DNA of 64,000 nt. It comes from an uncultured Candidatus Binatia bacterium. GTDB lineage: Bacteria > Desulfobacterota > Binatia > UBA9968 > JAJDTQ01. The notes beneath the pieces were generated by a model. That model ran no database searches, was not told where the DNA came from, and worked only from the letters and a program-made list of their open reading frames with translations. The stretch's first letter is position 1; each line of letters starts with the position of its first letter. The translations under genes were made by a program, and so were the position numbers. Where the stretch lies: NCBI GenBank assembly GCA_965214905.1, contig OZ243984.1:2369037-2433036 (forward strand), given 5' to 3'. This document shows, piece by piece, positions 20,240 through 30,360 of the stretch.

Positions 20240-21433
20240 ATGACTGCGACTCTAATCAGGAACATCGGGACTCTGGCAACCGGGCTGCTCGAGGACCCGC
20301 TCCGGGATGCCGACTCGATTCTCGTGGCGGACGGGGTGATCCGGGAGATCGGGAACGGGCTGGCCGGCGGCGCGGACCGCACCATCGACGCCAACGGGAC
20401 CACCGTGATTCCGGGTCTCATCGACTCGCATTCGCATCCCACCTTCGGCAACTTCACCCCGGCTCAGAACTCCATGGGATGGATCACGCACTACATGCAC
20501 GGCGGGGTCACTTCCATCATTTCCGCGGGGGAGTTGCACGTGCCGGGGCTGCCGCTGCCGCCGGACCCGTTGTGCGCGGTGTCGCTGGCCATCGTCGCCA
20601 AACGGTGCTGGGACAACCTCCGGCCCACCGGTGTCCGGGTGCACGGCGGCACGCTGCTGCTGGTTCCGGGCCTGGAGGAGAAGGACTTCGACACCATCGC
20701 CGAGACGGGCATCCGCCTGGTCAAGTTCATCTTCTACGACTACGGCCTGCTGCCCACCGGCGAGGCGGAACGCTACGTGAAGTGGGCCAGGGCGCGGGAC
20801 ATCAAGGTCAAGATCCACTCCGGCGGCGTGTCCCGTTCGGGGGTGAGCCAGGTGGCGGGCGTGGACATCGTCAGAGCCATCGACCCCGACATCATCGGCC
20901 ACAGCACCGGCGGCCCCATCCCCATGCCGGAGGAGGACCTGCGGCGCATCGTGGCCGAGACCGGGTACTACGTCGAGATCTGCACTTCCGGCAACCTGCG
21001 CATGGGGATGGTGCTGACCGAGGCGGTCCGGCAGTACGCCGCCGAGGGCCGGGTGCTGGTGGGCACCGACACTCCCGGCGGCACCGGAGTGGTGCCGCGG
21101 GGCATCCTGCGCGAGATTTGCTTCCTCGCCTCCCTGGGCGGCATCGCTCCGGAACAGGCCGTGGCCATGGCCACCGGCAACACCGGCCGCGCCCATGGAC
21201 TGGACCTCGGAATCATCGCCGAGGGCAGGCCCGCGGACCTCGTGATCATGGACCGCATCACCGGGTCGGTGTCCCGCGACGCCCTGGATTCGTTCGCCAA
21301 GGGCGACCTTCCGGGAATCTCGGTGGTGATGATCGACGGCGAACTCACCGTACCGGGCCGGAGCCAGCAGACGCCGCCCCCCGAGCGCGGCGTCACCTTC
21401 AGCGGACAGAAGCCTGCGGGGCGCCAAGTGTGA
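20240..21433 (+). CDS. Enamidase-like amidohydrolase
   Basis: PGLIDSHSHP metal motif, GGVTSIISAGE, HSGG, GHSTGGP, GTDTPGG, GRPADLV. Confidence 0.8.
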   Translation: MTATLIRNIGTLATGLLEDPLRDADSILVADGVIREIGNGLAGGADRTIDANGTTVIPGLIDSHSHPTFGNFTPAQNSMGWITHYMHGGVTSIISAGELHVPGLPLPPDPLCAVSLAIVAKRCWDNLRPTGVRVHGGTLLLVPGLEEKDFDTIAETGIRLVKFIFYDYGLLPTGEAERYVKWARARDIKVKIHSGGVSRSGVSQVAGVDIVRAIDPDIIGHSTGGPIPMPEEDLRRIVAETGYYVEICTSGNLRMGMVLTEAVRQYAAEGRVLVGTDTPGGTGVVPRGILREICFLASLGGIAPEQAVAMATGNTGRAHGLDLGIIAEGRPADLVIMDRITGSVSRDALDSFAKGDLPGISVVMIDGELTVPGRSQQTPPPERGVTFSGQKPAGRQV

Positions 21434-21497
21434 ATGATGGATCCCTCGCCGGGGGCGCCCGGCCTCCCGGTCCAGCCCGTCCATGCATCATTTCCAG

Positions 21498-21526
21498 TTG
21501 ACAACTGACCATGAATCAGTTATTTT
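21498..21526 (+). promoter_or_regulatory. Putative sigma70 promoter with operator-like inverted repeat upstream of fic
   Basis: TTGACA-17 nt-TATTTT, with AACTGA-N7-TCAGTT overlapping the spacer. Confidence 0.45.
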
Positions 21527-21558
21527 TTGTCCTGAAGTCTTTTATAAACTGTTTTGTC

Positions 21559-22734
21559 ATGTTGTTCACATATCGCGCTCTGGACGAAGAAGAGAGGCGA
21601 GTGGAGGCTGCAACGGCCCGGATTCGGGCCGACCTGCGCCAATACGTCGTTACGGAGCCGCGCCGCTGGACGGGCCTGCTGGCCCGCATGACGCGGGCAC
21701 GCGCGCTTGTAGGGAGCAATAGCGTGGAAGGCATCCATGTGTCCGACGAGGACGCCATCGCCGCAATTGACGGCGAAGACCCGACGAGCACGGACCGTGA
21801 CACGTGGCGGGCTGTCGTCGGTTACCGCGAGGCAATGGACTACATCCTTCAGCGCCGCCAGAGCCCGTCCTTTGTCGTTACGGAGGACGTACTTCTGGCC
21901 GTCCATTTCATGATCTGCCAGTCGGATTTGTCGGCGCGGTCAGGTCAGTACCGCCCCGGGTGGGTGGGTGTCAGGGACAGCAGGACCGGTGAATTGGTAC
22001 ACGAGGGAGTAGACCGCGACCAACTGGAGCCACTCATCCATGAGCTTCTGGACTACGTAAACGATGGGGACGTTGAATCGGTCTTCTTGCGTGCGGCCAT
22101 GACACACCTGAACTTGGTAATGCTGCATCCGTTCACGGATGGCAATGGCCGAACCGCCAGATGCATCCAGACCGCGGTGTTGGCGGGCGATGGGATTGTT
22201 GCGCCGACCTTCTCTTCAATGGAAGAGTACATCGGCCACAACCAACAGGACTACTACAACGTACTGACAGAGGTCGGCGACGGCGGATGGCATCCGGAGC
22301 GTAGCGCCAAGCCATGGGTTCGATTCTGTCTGAGTGGCCACTATCTGCAAGCGCAAACGCTCCTCCGACGAACGCGAGAGCTGGAGCGGGTGTATGGAGA
22401 GCTCTTGGAGCTGGTGGAAACCAGGGGGTTTCCCGATCGTACGGCCATGGCGCTGCTGCAGGCCGCCTTTGGCAGCAAGGTACGAAACTCGTCCTACCGG
22501 GTGAGTGCAGAGGTGTCCAATAATCTTGCCAGCCGTGACCTGAAGGCGCTCGTGAATGCCAATCTGCTGGTGCCCGAGGGCGAGAAACGGGGCCGCATCT
22601 ACGTCGCCTCGCCTGCCGTGGCGGCGATTCGCCAGAAGTTGCGCCTCCCCAGGAAGATTGACGATCCTTTCGCGGACGACGGGCAGGCTCAGGGCTCTCC
22701 AGGTCAGGGAAACCTTTTCTCTGAGGGCGCCTGA
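21559..22734 (+). CDS. Fic family protein with C-terminal HTH
   Basis: HPFTDGNGRTAR catalytic motif, SNSVEG inhibitory-type motif, ASRDLKALV..GEKRGRIY winged HTH. Confidence 0.9.
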   Translation: MLFTYRALDEEERRVEAATARIRADLRQYVVTEPRRWTGLLARMTRARALVGSNSVEGIHVSDEDAIAAIDGEDPTSTDRDTWRAVVGYREAMDYILQRRQSPSFVVTEDVLLAVHFMICQSDLSARSGQYRPGWVGVRDSRTGELVHEGVDRDQLEPLIHELLDYVNDGDVESVFLRAAMTHLNLVMLHPFTDGNGRTARCIQTAVLAGDGIVAPTFSSMEEYIGHNQQDYYNVLTEVGDGGWHPERSAKPWVRFCLSGHYLQAQTLLRRTRELERVYGELLELVETRGFPDRTAMALLQAAFGSKVRNSSYRVSAEVSNNLASRDLKALVNANLLVPEGEKRGRIYVASPAVAAIRQKLRLPRKIDDPFADDGQAQGSPGQGNLFSEGA

Positions 22735-22881
22735 CCTGGGCTGACTCTGCGTGGCACTATCGGGAATGATGCGTTTCCGGATCGGGGTCAAATCCTGTAT
22801 TCTGCGATGGACCGCCGAGACGACCGTAACCCATGACAGGCATGGACGAATGGAGAAAGCCGCCCGCGTGACGCGGCGGCC

Positions 22882-23880
22882 ATGGCCCAAGGAGGTCTTC
22901 TGGTGAGCTCACTACGGTACGGCGTGGGACTCTTCCCCACGGAACCCATCTCGCGCATCATCCAGCTCGGCAAGCAGGCGGAGGAGCTGGCTTTCAGCCA
23001 CGTGTGGATCGGCGACTCGCACCTCATCTGGCGCGAGGCATTCGTGAACATGGCGGCGGTGGCGCTCAACACCTCGAAGGTCATCATCGGCACCGGCGTG
23101 ACCAACCCCGTGACGCGGCACCCTTCGGTGCTGGCCAGCGCCTACGCGACCCTGGACGAGATGGCGCCGGGACGCTTCGCCGTCGGCATCGGGCTCGGAG
23201 ACAGCTCCCTGGAGACCATGGGGCGCAAGCAGGCGCGGCTGGCGGACTTCGAGGCGGCGGTGGCGCAGATGCGGGCCGTCATCGAGGGCGGCGAGGCCGA
23301 GTTGGAGAGCGGCAGGATCCGTCTCAACTTCTCCTGGAACCGGAAGATCCCCTTCTACGTGGCCGCCAGCGGGCCGAAGATGCTGGAGCTCTCCGGCCGC
23401 CTGGCGGACGGCGTGATCATCCTGGTAGGGGTGGATTCCGGCGCCGTCGAGAAGGCCGTCGAGAAGGTCGCGGCCGGGGCGGAGTCGGCGGGCCGCAAGC
23501 TATCCGACATCGACCTGGTGCTGTGGGTCCCGTGCGCCGTCTCCGAGAGTCCCGGCGCCAAGGACGCGGTCAAGGCCCATGTGGCCCGGGTCATCGCCCA
23601 CCCGCTTCCGTTCACCCTGGACGAGCGCGAGCAGAAGGTCCTGGACGACATCCGCCAAGCCTACAACTACTACCAGCACATGGATCAGCGGGCCAGCCAG
23701 GCGCGCGTGATCCCGGACTGGCTGGTGGACAAGTTCGCGGTCGCCGGCACCCCCGACGAGTGTCACGCCAAGGTCCAGGATCTCAAGCAGAGCGCCATCG
23801 ACCAGGTGGCCATCATTCCCTACGACGTGGGCGACGCCGACCGGGGCGAGACCCTGCGGCTGTTCGCCGGCGCCATGTGA
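22882..23880 (+). CDS. LLM-class flavin/F420-dependent oxidoreductase (Mer-like)
   Basis: WIGDSH, IGTGVTNPVTRHP, GIGLGDS, YVAASGPKML, ADGVI, AGTPDEC. Confidence 0.9.
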   Translation: MAQGGLLVSSLRYGVGLFPTEPISRIIQLGKQAEELAFSHVWIGDSHLIWREAFVNMAAVALNTSKVIIGTGVTNPVTRHPSVLASAYATLDEMAPGRFAVGIGLGDSSLETMGRKQARLADFEAAVAQMRAVIEGGEAELESGRIRLNFSWNRKIPFYVAASGPKMLELSGRLADGVIILVGVDSGAVEKAVEKVAAGAESAGRKLSDIDLVLWVPCAVSESPGAKDAVKAHVARVIAHPLPFTLDEREQKVLDDIRQAYNYYQHMDQRASQARVIPDWLVDKFAVAGTPDECHAKVQDLKQSAIDQVAIIPYDVGDADRGETLRLFAGAM

Positions 23881-23979
23881 TTCCAGAGGCTTTCCGGGTC
23901 ATCGAAGGGCAGCGACCCGACTCCACGCTCGCCGTCGCTCCCGGTACTCGGACAGCCTCCTGGCCCCGACCCTGCATCG

Positions 23980-24354
23980 GTGCAGATTCTCATCCGCTAC
24001 TACCTGTTTCAGATTCCCGGCTGGCTCCTGGCCGGCGCGCTGGTTACCGTTCTGCACCTCTGGCTGGGATTATCGGTATGGGTGGCGCTGACCATCGTGG
24101 GCGTGGTGGTGCTCAAGGACATCGCTTGCTACCCGTTCCTGCGCAAGGCCTATCAATGGGAAGCCTCCGGCGCCGCCCAGCTCGCAGGACTGCGCGGCGT
24201 GGCACGGGATACTCTGGACCCTGCCGGCTACGTCTACGTACGCGGCGAGTTGTGGCACGCTCGCATCGAGGACGGCGCGCCCGCGATCCCCACGGGCAGT
24301 GAGGTGAAAGTCATACGCGGCCGGCGCATGACCTTGACCGTGGCGAACGGTTGA
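23980..24354 (+). CDS. NfeD family protein
   Basis: N-terminal TM segments plus an OB fold (LDPAGYVYVRGELWHAR..G..VKV..LTV). Confidence 0.82.
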   Translation: MQILIRYYLFQIPGWLLAGALVTVLHLWLGLSVWVALTIVGVVVLKDIACYPFLRKAYQWEASGAAQLAGLRGVARDTLDPAGYVYVRGELWHARIEDGAPAIPTGSEVKVIRGRRMTLTVANG

Positions 24355-24698
24355 CGGAAGCGGGCCCCGCCGTCGAAGCTGCTACGACGGTACCGGGTGA
24401 ATTCTTGCCGGAGAACCGGTGTCCGGTAGACGCTTGCAATGTCGCGCCTGGATCGATCCTCACGAGGCCGGAACAGAAGCTCGTGGACTCGATGCTTGTG
24501 GTGGACCTTGTTCACCTGGCGCAGGGGACGAAGGAGCCCATCGCCCTTGTCTCGGCCGACGACGATCTCTGGCCGGGCATCCGCTACGCCCTGCTTCGGG
24601 GTGCCCGCATTATCCATGTCATGCCCCGTCATGGACGATCACGATCGGAACCGTACCAGGGATTGACGACGGCAACGTATTCGCCCGTTGTCATGTAG
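24351..24698 (+). pseudogene. NYN/PIN-like nuclease, C-terminal half only
   Basis: EQKLVDSMLVVDL and LVSADDDLWPG are NYN-type motifs. The N-terminal catalytic strand is absent and an in-frame stop lies at 24300 inside nfeD. Confidence 0.6.
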
Positions 24699-24711
24699 AG
24701 GGGAGCGGATC

Positions 24712-26979
24712 ATGCACTTTGAAGAATTCAGCCGCGTGGTAACCTGCTTTGCCGATCGAGTCGATGACGTCGCCACCCGTGGCGGTGAATTGCTCGTGCA
24801 GATACGGGATGAGACCATTACCGCCAGACTGTCTGACCGACCCGATGGGTTGGTGATCGAAGAGAACGGTGATCGCATGCCCGCCGAACGGTGGATTGTG
24901 ACACGTTTGGCAAGAGTGCCCCTGCTGGCGGACCGAATCCTTTCGTATGTGACGCTGCCGAAACCTTTTGTGCAGACCTCAGGACGGCTCGTCGATCAGC
25001 CGGACCGGAACGCCTCGGCCGAAGGCACTCCGGTGTCGGACGTTTCATGGACGGCGACACGGAACCTGGACGGACGCCCCGGGGGGACAACATCGGTCCT
25101 GTATCTGACCGCGGACGCCGGAGAGGGGAAGACGACTCTGATTGATTACCTGGCTGTCAAACAGGCAGAGGCATACAAGGCAAAGGATACGGACTGGCTG
25201 CTTGTCCCGATCCCGTTGGGCGGCCGTACCTTTCTCCGATTTGACGATGTGGTGGTCTCCTCCCTGGTGAACAGGCTACGTTTTCAACTTCTGTATTACG
25301 ATGCCTTTCTGGAGCTTGTCCGCCTGGGGGTGCTGGTCCCGGCATTCGACGGTTTCGAGGAAATGATCATCGAAGGGTCGTCCGGGGAAGCCATATCCGC
25401 GCTTGGCAACCTGCTCAAACAACTGCGCTCGGCGGGGAGCATCCTCGTCTCTGCGCGCAGGGCTCTCTTCGACAACCCCGGGTTCGGAGCTCGATCAAGG
25501 CTTTTCGATACGATTGCCGGCGATGAAGACGTCGCATTCGCTCATCTGTCGTTGGATCGCTGGAACCGTCAGGCTTTCATGCAATACTCGGCAGCACGAG
25601 GTGTGACAGATCCATCTCGCCTGTTTGAGGATGTCTCATGTCGACTCGGTCAAAGGCATCCGGTACTGACCCGTGCCGTCCTGATCAGACGACTGGTGGA
25701 TATCGCCGTCGAGGTGGACGATATATCCGCTTTGCTCGACCGCATCGGACAAGACTCCGGAGACTACTTCCACGACTTCGTCGCCTGTATTGTCGAACGT
25801 GAAGCCAACCGGAAGTGGTTGGACAAGTCAGGCGAGCCGCCGAGTCCCCTGTTGACCGCCGCCGAGCACCATGAACTGTTGTCGCTACTGGCTCAGGAGA
25901 TGTGGATCGGGGCGACCGACGATCTCGGGATGGACGTCGTTGCTCTTTTGGTGGAAATGTTTGCAAGCCAGAAGGGCAAGAGTCCGGCGGTCGAAAGGCA
26001 GATTGGCGAGCGGATCCGACAGCACGCACTTCTTGACTCGACACGCCCCGGCCGCATGGCATTCGACCATGAGGACTTCCGCGTCTTCTACCTGGGGCAG
26101 GCATTGGGACGAGCCCTCGTGGCCGACGATCCGGGTGATGTGAGGGTTGTTCTCGACAAGGCCGCACTGCCCGGCCCGACCGTCGCCGAAGCCTGCCGCT
26201 TCGTTCGTCGATCGGGCCAGGGACCGGGAAAGTCCCTGGAATTGCTCCAGACGCTCGCCAATGGTGAACTGCCGGCCTCCTTCGTTCGCGAAAACTGCGG
26301 CGCTCTGACCGTGGCGCTCCTTGATGGCGCAAACGAACCCCACGAAGCACGGAACATGACCTTTCCTCCCAATGCGCTATGTGGCCGCAAATTGACGGGA
26401 CTCACGGTCTCGGGCTCTTATTTTCACGCGACTGCCTTGTCCGGTACGACTTTCCACCGCTGCCGATTTGTCGATTGTCACTTCGAAAGCATCGACCTCC
26501 ACGCAGTCGGTGAGGTGACCGAGTCGTCCCTGGAGCCGGTTCACGTGGAGAGCATCGTCAAGGAGTGGGGCGACGATCAGGTCCCCCTGTTCGATCCGGA
26601 CCGGATAGCTCGCGAACTGCGCGGCAAGGGGTTCCATGTGGGACCTGCCGGGCCCGACAGCGAACGACCGACGGATTCATTGAATGGCGTGGACGAGGAC
26701 CTGCGATTGACGCAGCGGTTTGTACGGTTGTTCCTGCGCGCCACGGCGGTAAATGAGGGGACAGTACGGTCCCATCTCGGGGTGAAGTCCAACCACTTCT
26801 TCAAGGAACTGCTGCCTCGGTTGACGCAAGCAGGTGTCGTCGAGGAGATCCCGTATAGAGGCCATGGCAGTCAAAGGCGCGTGCGCCTGGGGAGAACCAT
26901 GGCGCGCATCGAGAAAGCGGTTGCCGCAGCAGACGGGGTGTTTGACCGTTTCGTCGAGAACGTTACCGACCAGGAGTGA
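24712..26979 (+). CDS. NACHT/STAND-like NTPase with C-terminal pentapeptide-like repeats
   Basis: Walker A ADAGEGKTT, Walker B FDGFEE, winged-helix AFDHEDFR, repeats LSGTTFHRCRFVDCHFE. Confidence 0.75.
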   Translation: MHFEEFSRVVTCFADRVDDVATRGGELLVQIRDETITARLSDRPDGLVIEENGDRMPAERWIVTRLARVPLLADRILSYVTLPKPFVQTSGRLVDQPDRNASAEGTPVSDVSWTATRNLDGRPGGTTSVLYLTADAGEGKTTLIDYLAVKQAEAYKAKDTDWLLVPIPLGGRTFLRFDDVVVSSLVNRLRFQLLYYDAFLELVRLGVLVPAFDGFEEMIIEGSSGEAISALGNLLKQLRSAGSILVSARRALFDNPGFGARSRLFDTIAGDEDVAFAHLSLDRWNRQAFMQYSAARGVTDPSRLFEDVSCRLGQRHPVLTRAVLIRRLVDIAVEVDDISALLDRIGQDSGDYFHDFVACIVEREANRKWLDKSGEPPSPLLTAAEHHELLSLLAQEMWIGATDDLGMDVVALLVEMFASQKGKSPAVERQIGERIRQHALLDSTRPGRMAFDHEDFRVFYLGQALGRALVADDPGDVRVVLDKAALPGPTVAEACRFVRRSGQGPGKSLELLQTLANGELPASFVRENCGALTVALLDGANEPHEARNMTFPPNALCGRKLTGLTVSGSYFHATALSGTTFHRCRFVDCHFESIDLHAVGEVTESSLEPVHVESIVKEWGDDQVPLFDPDRIARELRGKGFHVGPAGPDSERPTDSLNGVDEDLRLTQRFVRLFLRATAVNEGTVRSHLGVKSNHFFKELLPRLTQAGVVEEIPYRGHGSQRRVRLGRTMARIEKAVAAADGVFDRFVENVTDQE

Positions 26980-27107
26980 CAGCCCTCCGGTGACGGGCCT
27001 GACGTGTTCCTGCGTCAGCAGCATTTCCCCATCGCCCGCCCCTTCTCCGGTCGGAGCCTGCGTCAGCAGCGTTCGGAGATCTTCCAGCCCTCGGGACACG
27101 GGATTCT

Positions 27108-28085
27108 TCAGAGATACCCCATCTGCTCGTAGAACTTCCGCGCCCCGGGATGCAGCGGGATGCCCAGGGGGCCGGCGTCGGTGTCGCGGCACACCTGCCG
27201 GATGTTCAGGCGCGGAGCGTCCACCGGGATGTCACGGCGGCGCCGGTAGATGGCCTCGCACAGGGAGTAGGCCATGTCGTCGCTCAGCCATTTGTGGGTG
27301 ATCACGGGCCAGCCGCTGAAGTCCACGGTGCGGACGTCCTCCTTCAGTCCGGGGAACCGCCGTTTGGGGATCACCGCCCGCTTGAAGCCCATCTCCTCCA
27401 TGGCCTCGATAACGTCCTCGTCCAGGTGGAGCACCTCGTAGCCGTTGTCCAGCGCCGCCTCCAGCCACTGGGTGGACAGCCCTTCATCGAACACGGCGTC
27501 CACGCTCCGGGCCCGGATCGACTCGATACGCTTGGGCGACGAGGGGTGGGCGCACTCGTCGACCTTGCCGCCCCAACGCTTGATCTTCCGGAACGAGAGA
27601 CCGTAGAGCGACAGGATCGTGGTGATCGCGTAATGGGTGGAGTTGTCGATGCCCGAGGTCCGGGTGGAGACCGTCAACGGCACCTTGTTCCTTGCCACCT
27701 CCCGCAGCGAGCGCACCCCGAGCTCCCTGGATACGACGATGGCGATGCGGTCCCAGGAAGGAAAGCAGGCCAGCGCCCGCAGAGGCAGGGCTTCCTTGTA
27801 GAAACCCTTGCCACGGTAGGCCAGGGTGGCAATGACGGACGGGTTCACGTGGGAGACGTCCACCCGGCGCCTCCCCACCTCGATGGGCGCCTTCATGCCG
27901 CCCATCAACTCGCCGTGGACGCCGAACCGGAGCGGTGGAAAGATATGGTCCTCCTCCTTGCTGGAGTGGATGCGGAGGTCGAGCCCCACACCGAGCTCGA
28001 GCATGCGCTCCGGGTAGACGCCGGCGGCGATCTCCAGCATCGCCCGGACGCGCTTCATCCGCGAATTCGGTCGTTGTTGTGCCAT
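27108..28085 (-). CDS. TAXI-family TRAP transporter solute-binding protein
   Basis: LRALACFPSWD, VDAVFDEG, VRTVDFSGW, IPLHPGARKFYEQMGYL C-terminus. ATG 28085 follows AGGGGAAGG. Confidence 0.8.
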   Translation of the reverse strand: MAQQRPNSRMKRVRAMLEIAAGVYPERMLELGVGLDLRIHSSKEEDHIFPPLRFGVHGELMGGMKAPIEVGRRRVDVSHVNPSVIATLAYRGKGFYKEALPLRALACFPSWDRIAIVVSRELGVRSLREVARNKVPLTVSTRTSGIDNSTHYAITTILSLYGLSFRKIKRWGGKVDECAHPSSPKRIESIRARSVDAVFDEGLSTQWLEAALDNGYEVLHLDEDVIEAMEEMGFKRAVIPKRRFPGLKEDVRTVDFSGWPVITHKWLSDDMAYSLCEAIYRRRRDIPVDAPRLNIRQVCRDTDAGPLGIPLHPGARKFYEQMGYL

Positions 28086-28369
28086 TGCCTTCCCCCTTGA
28101 CGACCCTGACCGTGTACCAGATCCACCAGCGCCTGGCGACTGCGACGCCGCCAGGACGTGATCCTGGCGCGCAAAGGCAACGCCTCCGCCCGTCCCGCAC
28201 ACGTCCCCACCCCGGACTTGCTCCGGAGCCGGCTCCCGGGTCAACCCCGGATGACGCAGAGGTGGCCGGGATGACAGGGAGATGGGATGACAGGGAGAGA
28301 CGGGACCAGGCCTGCGCTGACAGCCGCGTTCCTTGCGGTGGAAGCGCCCCTCAAGTATGAATAAGGGTC

Positions 28370-29620
28370 ATGAGCGATACCATGCAGCGCCTTAAGGACA
28401 TCATCGACGGCGACCGGGAAGACCTGGTCCGGTTGTGCCTTGATCTGGGCGGCATGCCGAGCCCTCATGCCCAGGAAAAAGCCCTTGGCGAAGCGGTGGT
28501 GGCATGGCTGAAGGAGAACGGCATCGAGGCCTTTCTCCAGCGGATCACCGACGAGAGCGTCAACGCCGTGGGGGTGATCCGGGGGTCGGGCGGCGGCTCC
28601 AGTCTCATCCTCAACGCGCACATGGACACCGGCCCCGAGCTTCCGGCCGATGCATCCGAAGAAGACGTGCGAATGGAAGGCGCGTGGGTGGACGGGGACC
28701 TGATGTTCGGCAAGGGCCTCATCAACGACAAGGCCCAGCTCTGCGCCTTCATGATCGCCGCCAGAGCGCTCGGGAAGGCCGGCGTCGTGCTTCGCGGCGA
28801 CCTGTACGTCACCGGAGTCGCCTTCGAGACCGGAGAGCCGTCGGTGGACGACACCCAGGGAGTGAACTTCCCCGGCGAGGGTTTCGGCGCGAAATGGTTG
28901 ATCGACCGGGGCGTCACCGCGGACTACTGCCTCGTAGGGGAGACGTCCGGGTTCGGCATCATCACCGGAGAATGCGGCGCGGTGTGGCTCAAGATCCGCT
29001 GCAAGGGTCGCGAACTCTACACGCCGCGGCTGGAACGGGGCGAGTCCCTGCGGACGCACCCCAACCCCTACATCAAGATGGCCCACGCGGTCATCGCGCT
29101 GGAGCAATGGGCCATCGACTACGAGCAAAAGGCGCGCTTCGAGTTCCCCGGCGGCGCCATGATACCCAAGGCCCAGGTGATGGGCGTTCGCGGCGGCTCC
29201 GGCTACTGCGATATCCATTACGACGTGCGCATCGTCCCCAAGACCGACCCCCAGACCATCAAGCGGGAGATCGAGGCGGTGATGGCGACCCTGGACTTCG
29301 ACTCCGAGGTGTCCGTCTACCAGTATTCCAGGGGGCACGTGGCGCGGAACGCCGATATGCTGATTGACTCCATCGACCAGGCGCACCGCGACGTCATGGG
29401 CGCCGAGCCCCCGGCGCCCCCGTCGGCCGAGATCAGCATGTGGCGGGACATGAACGTGTTCAACGAGGTAGGGATCCCGGCGGTGTGCTACGGGCCGCCC
29501 CGGCAGAGAGAAGACATCAGTCAGGCGCGGAATCGCGCCATGAAGATCGACGATCTCGTTGCCGCGACGAAGGTGTACGCGCTCACCATCCTGTCGGTGT
29601 GCGGGGAATCCACGAAATGA
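28370..29620 (+). CDS. M20/M25/M40 family metallo-hydrolase
   Basis: LNAHMDT, GKGLINDKAQ, VGETS, YDVRIVP, GIPAVCYGP. Confidence 0.88.
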   Translation: MSDTMQRLKDIIDGDREDLVRLCLDLGGMPSPHAQEKALGEAVVAWLKENGIEAFLQRITDESVNAVGVIRGSGGGSSLILNAHMDTGPELPADASEEDVRMEGAWVDGDLMFGKGLINDKAQLCAFMIAARALGKAGVVLRGDLYVTGVAFETGEPSVDDTQGVNFPGEGFGAKWLIDRGVTADYCLVGETSGFGIITGECGAVWLKIRCKGRELYTPRLERGESLRTHPNPYIKMAHAVIALEQWAIDYEQKARFEFPGGAMIPKAQVMGVRGGSGYCDIHYDVRIVPKTDPQTIKREIEAVMATLDFDSEVSVYQYSRGHVARNADMLIDSIDQAHRDVMGAEPPAPPSAEISMWRDMNVFNEVGIPAVCYGPPRQREDISQARNRAMKIDDLVAATKVYALTILSVCGESTK

Positions 29621-29638
29621 AGCGTCAGGGAGGTTGCC

Positions 29639-30028
29639 TTGGGTAGCTCAAAGGCCGTCACACGCGGCGTCCGGGTCGAGGTCACGACCCAGTACGACCC
29701 CAACCGCTCGTTCCCCGAGCACAACCGGTGGTTCTATCTCTACACCGTGGAGATCCGCAACGAAGGCTCGGAAACCGTGCAGCTCGTGAGTCGCCACTGG
29801 ATCATCACCGACGCCACCGGCCACGTGGAGGAGGTCAAGGGACCGGGAGTGGTGGGCGAGAGCCCGGTGCTGGAGGAGGGAGAGTCCTTCGAGTACACTT
29901 CCGGATGCCCGCTGACGACGCCCTACGGCTCCATGCACGGCACCTATCAGATGGTCACTGCAGACGGCGACCGGTTCGACGCCAAGGTCGCCGAGTTCGT
30001 GCTCGGGGAGCCGCAAACGCTGCACTAG
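29639..30028 (+). CDS. apaG: ApaG protein
   Basis: YTVEIRNEG, QLVSRHWIITD, GPGVVGESP, FEYTSGCPL, GSMHGTYQM. Confidence 0.95.
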   Translation: MGSSKAVTRGVRVEVTTQYDPNRSFPEHNRWFYLYTVEIRNEGSETVQLVSRHWIITDATGHVEEVKGPGVVGESPVLEEGESFEYTSGCPLTTPYGSMHGTYQMVTADGDRFDAKVAEFVLGEPQTLH

Positions 30029-30062
30029 CGCTGAACGCCTGTCGGCTCTACGGCGTTCGTCA

Positions 30063-30314
30063 TCAGAGGTTCTGGTACCCCGGTGTTCCACGATCGACTG
30101 CCGCACGCAGATCCGGGTCCACCAGGAGATCTTCGGGCCAGGACCGAATCGTGTATCCTCCGTAAGGAGACTTCACCACCTTGACGATGAAGCCTTTGTC
30201 GGCTTCCTGTACTCGGCGACGCGTTGCCTCACGATGCGCCTCGAGGTACGTGGCGAAGACCAGCGGCTTCGGGACTGTCGTGCCGCCATCCGGTTCCGTA
30301 GCCGTTTGTGTCAT
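30063..30314 (-). CDS. Small hypothetical protein (83 aa)
   Basis: ATG 30314 preceded by GGGGGGTAGGA, with a promoter-like element upstream. No family recognised. Confidence 0.5.
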   Translation of the reverse strand: MTQTATEPDGGTTVPKPLVFATYLEAHREATRRRVQEADKGFIVKVVKSPYGGYTIRSWPEDLLVDPDLRAAVDRGTPGYQNL

Positions 30315-30360
30315 TCCTACCCCCCCTGAGGTGGTCCGGTCGGTTGGACCACTCGAGGGT

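Noticed and set aside
27009-27070. 14-bp direct repeat CCTGCGTCAGCAGC, 48 bp apart, at the NACHT/TAXI junction
   Set aside because: No matching copy found at the other end of the insert, so it cannot be supported as a target-site duplication or att site.
28200-28275. Degenerate CCCGGACTTG..CCGG..CGGGTCAA.CCCGGATGAC element
   Set aside because: Resembles a common intergenic palindromic repeat but is too decayed to delimit.
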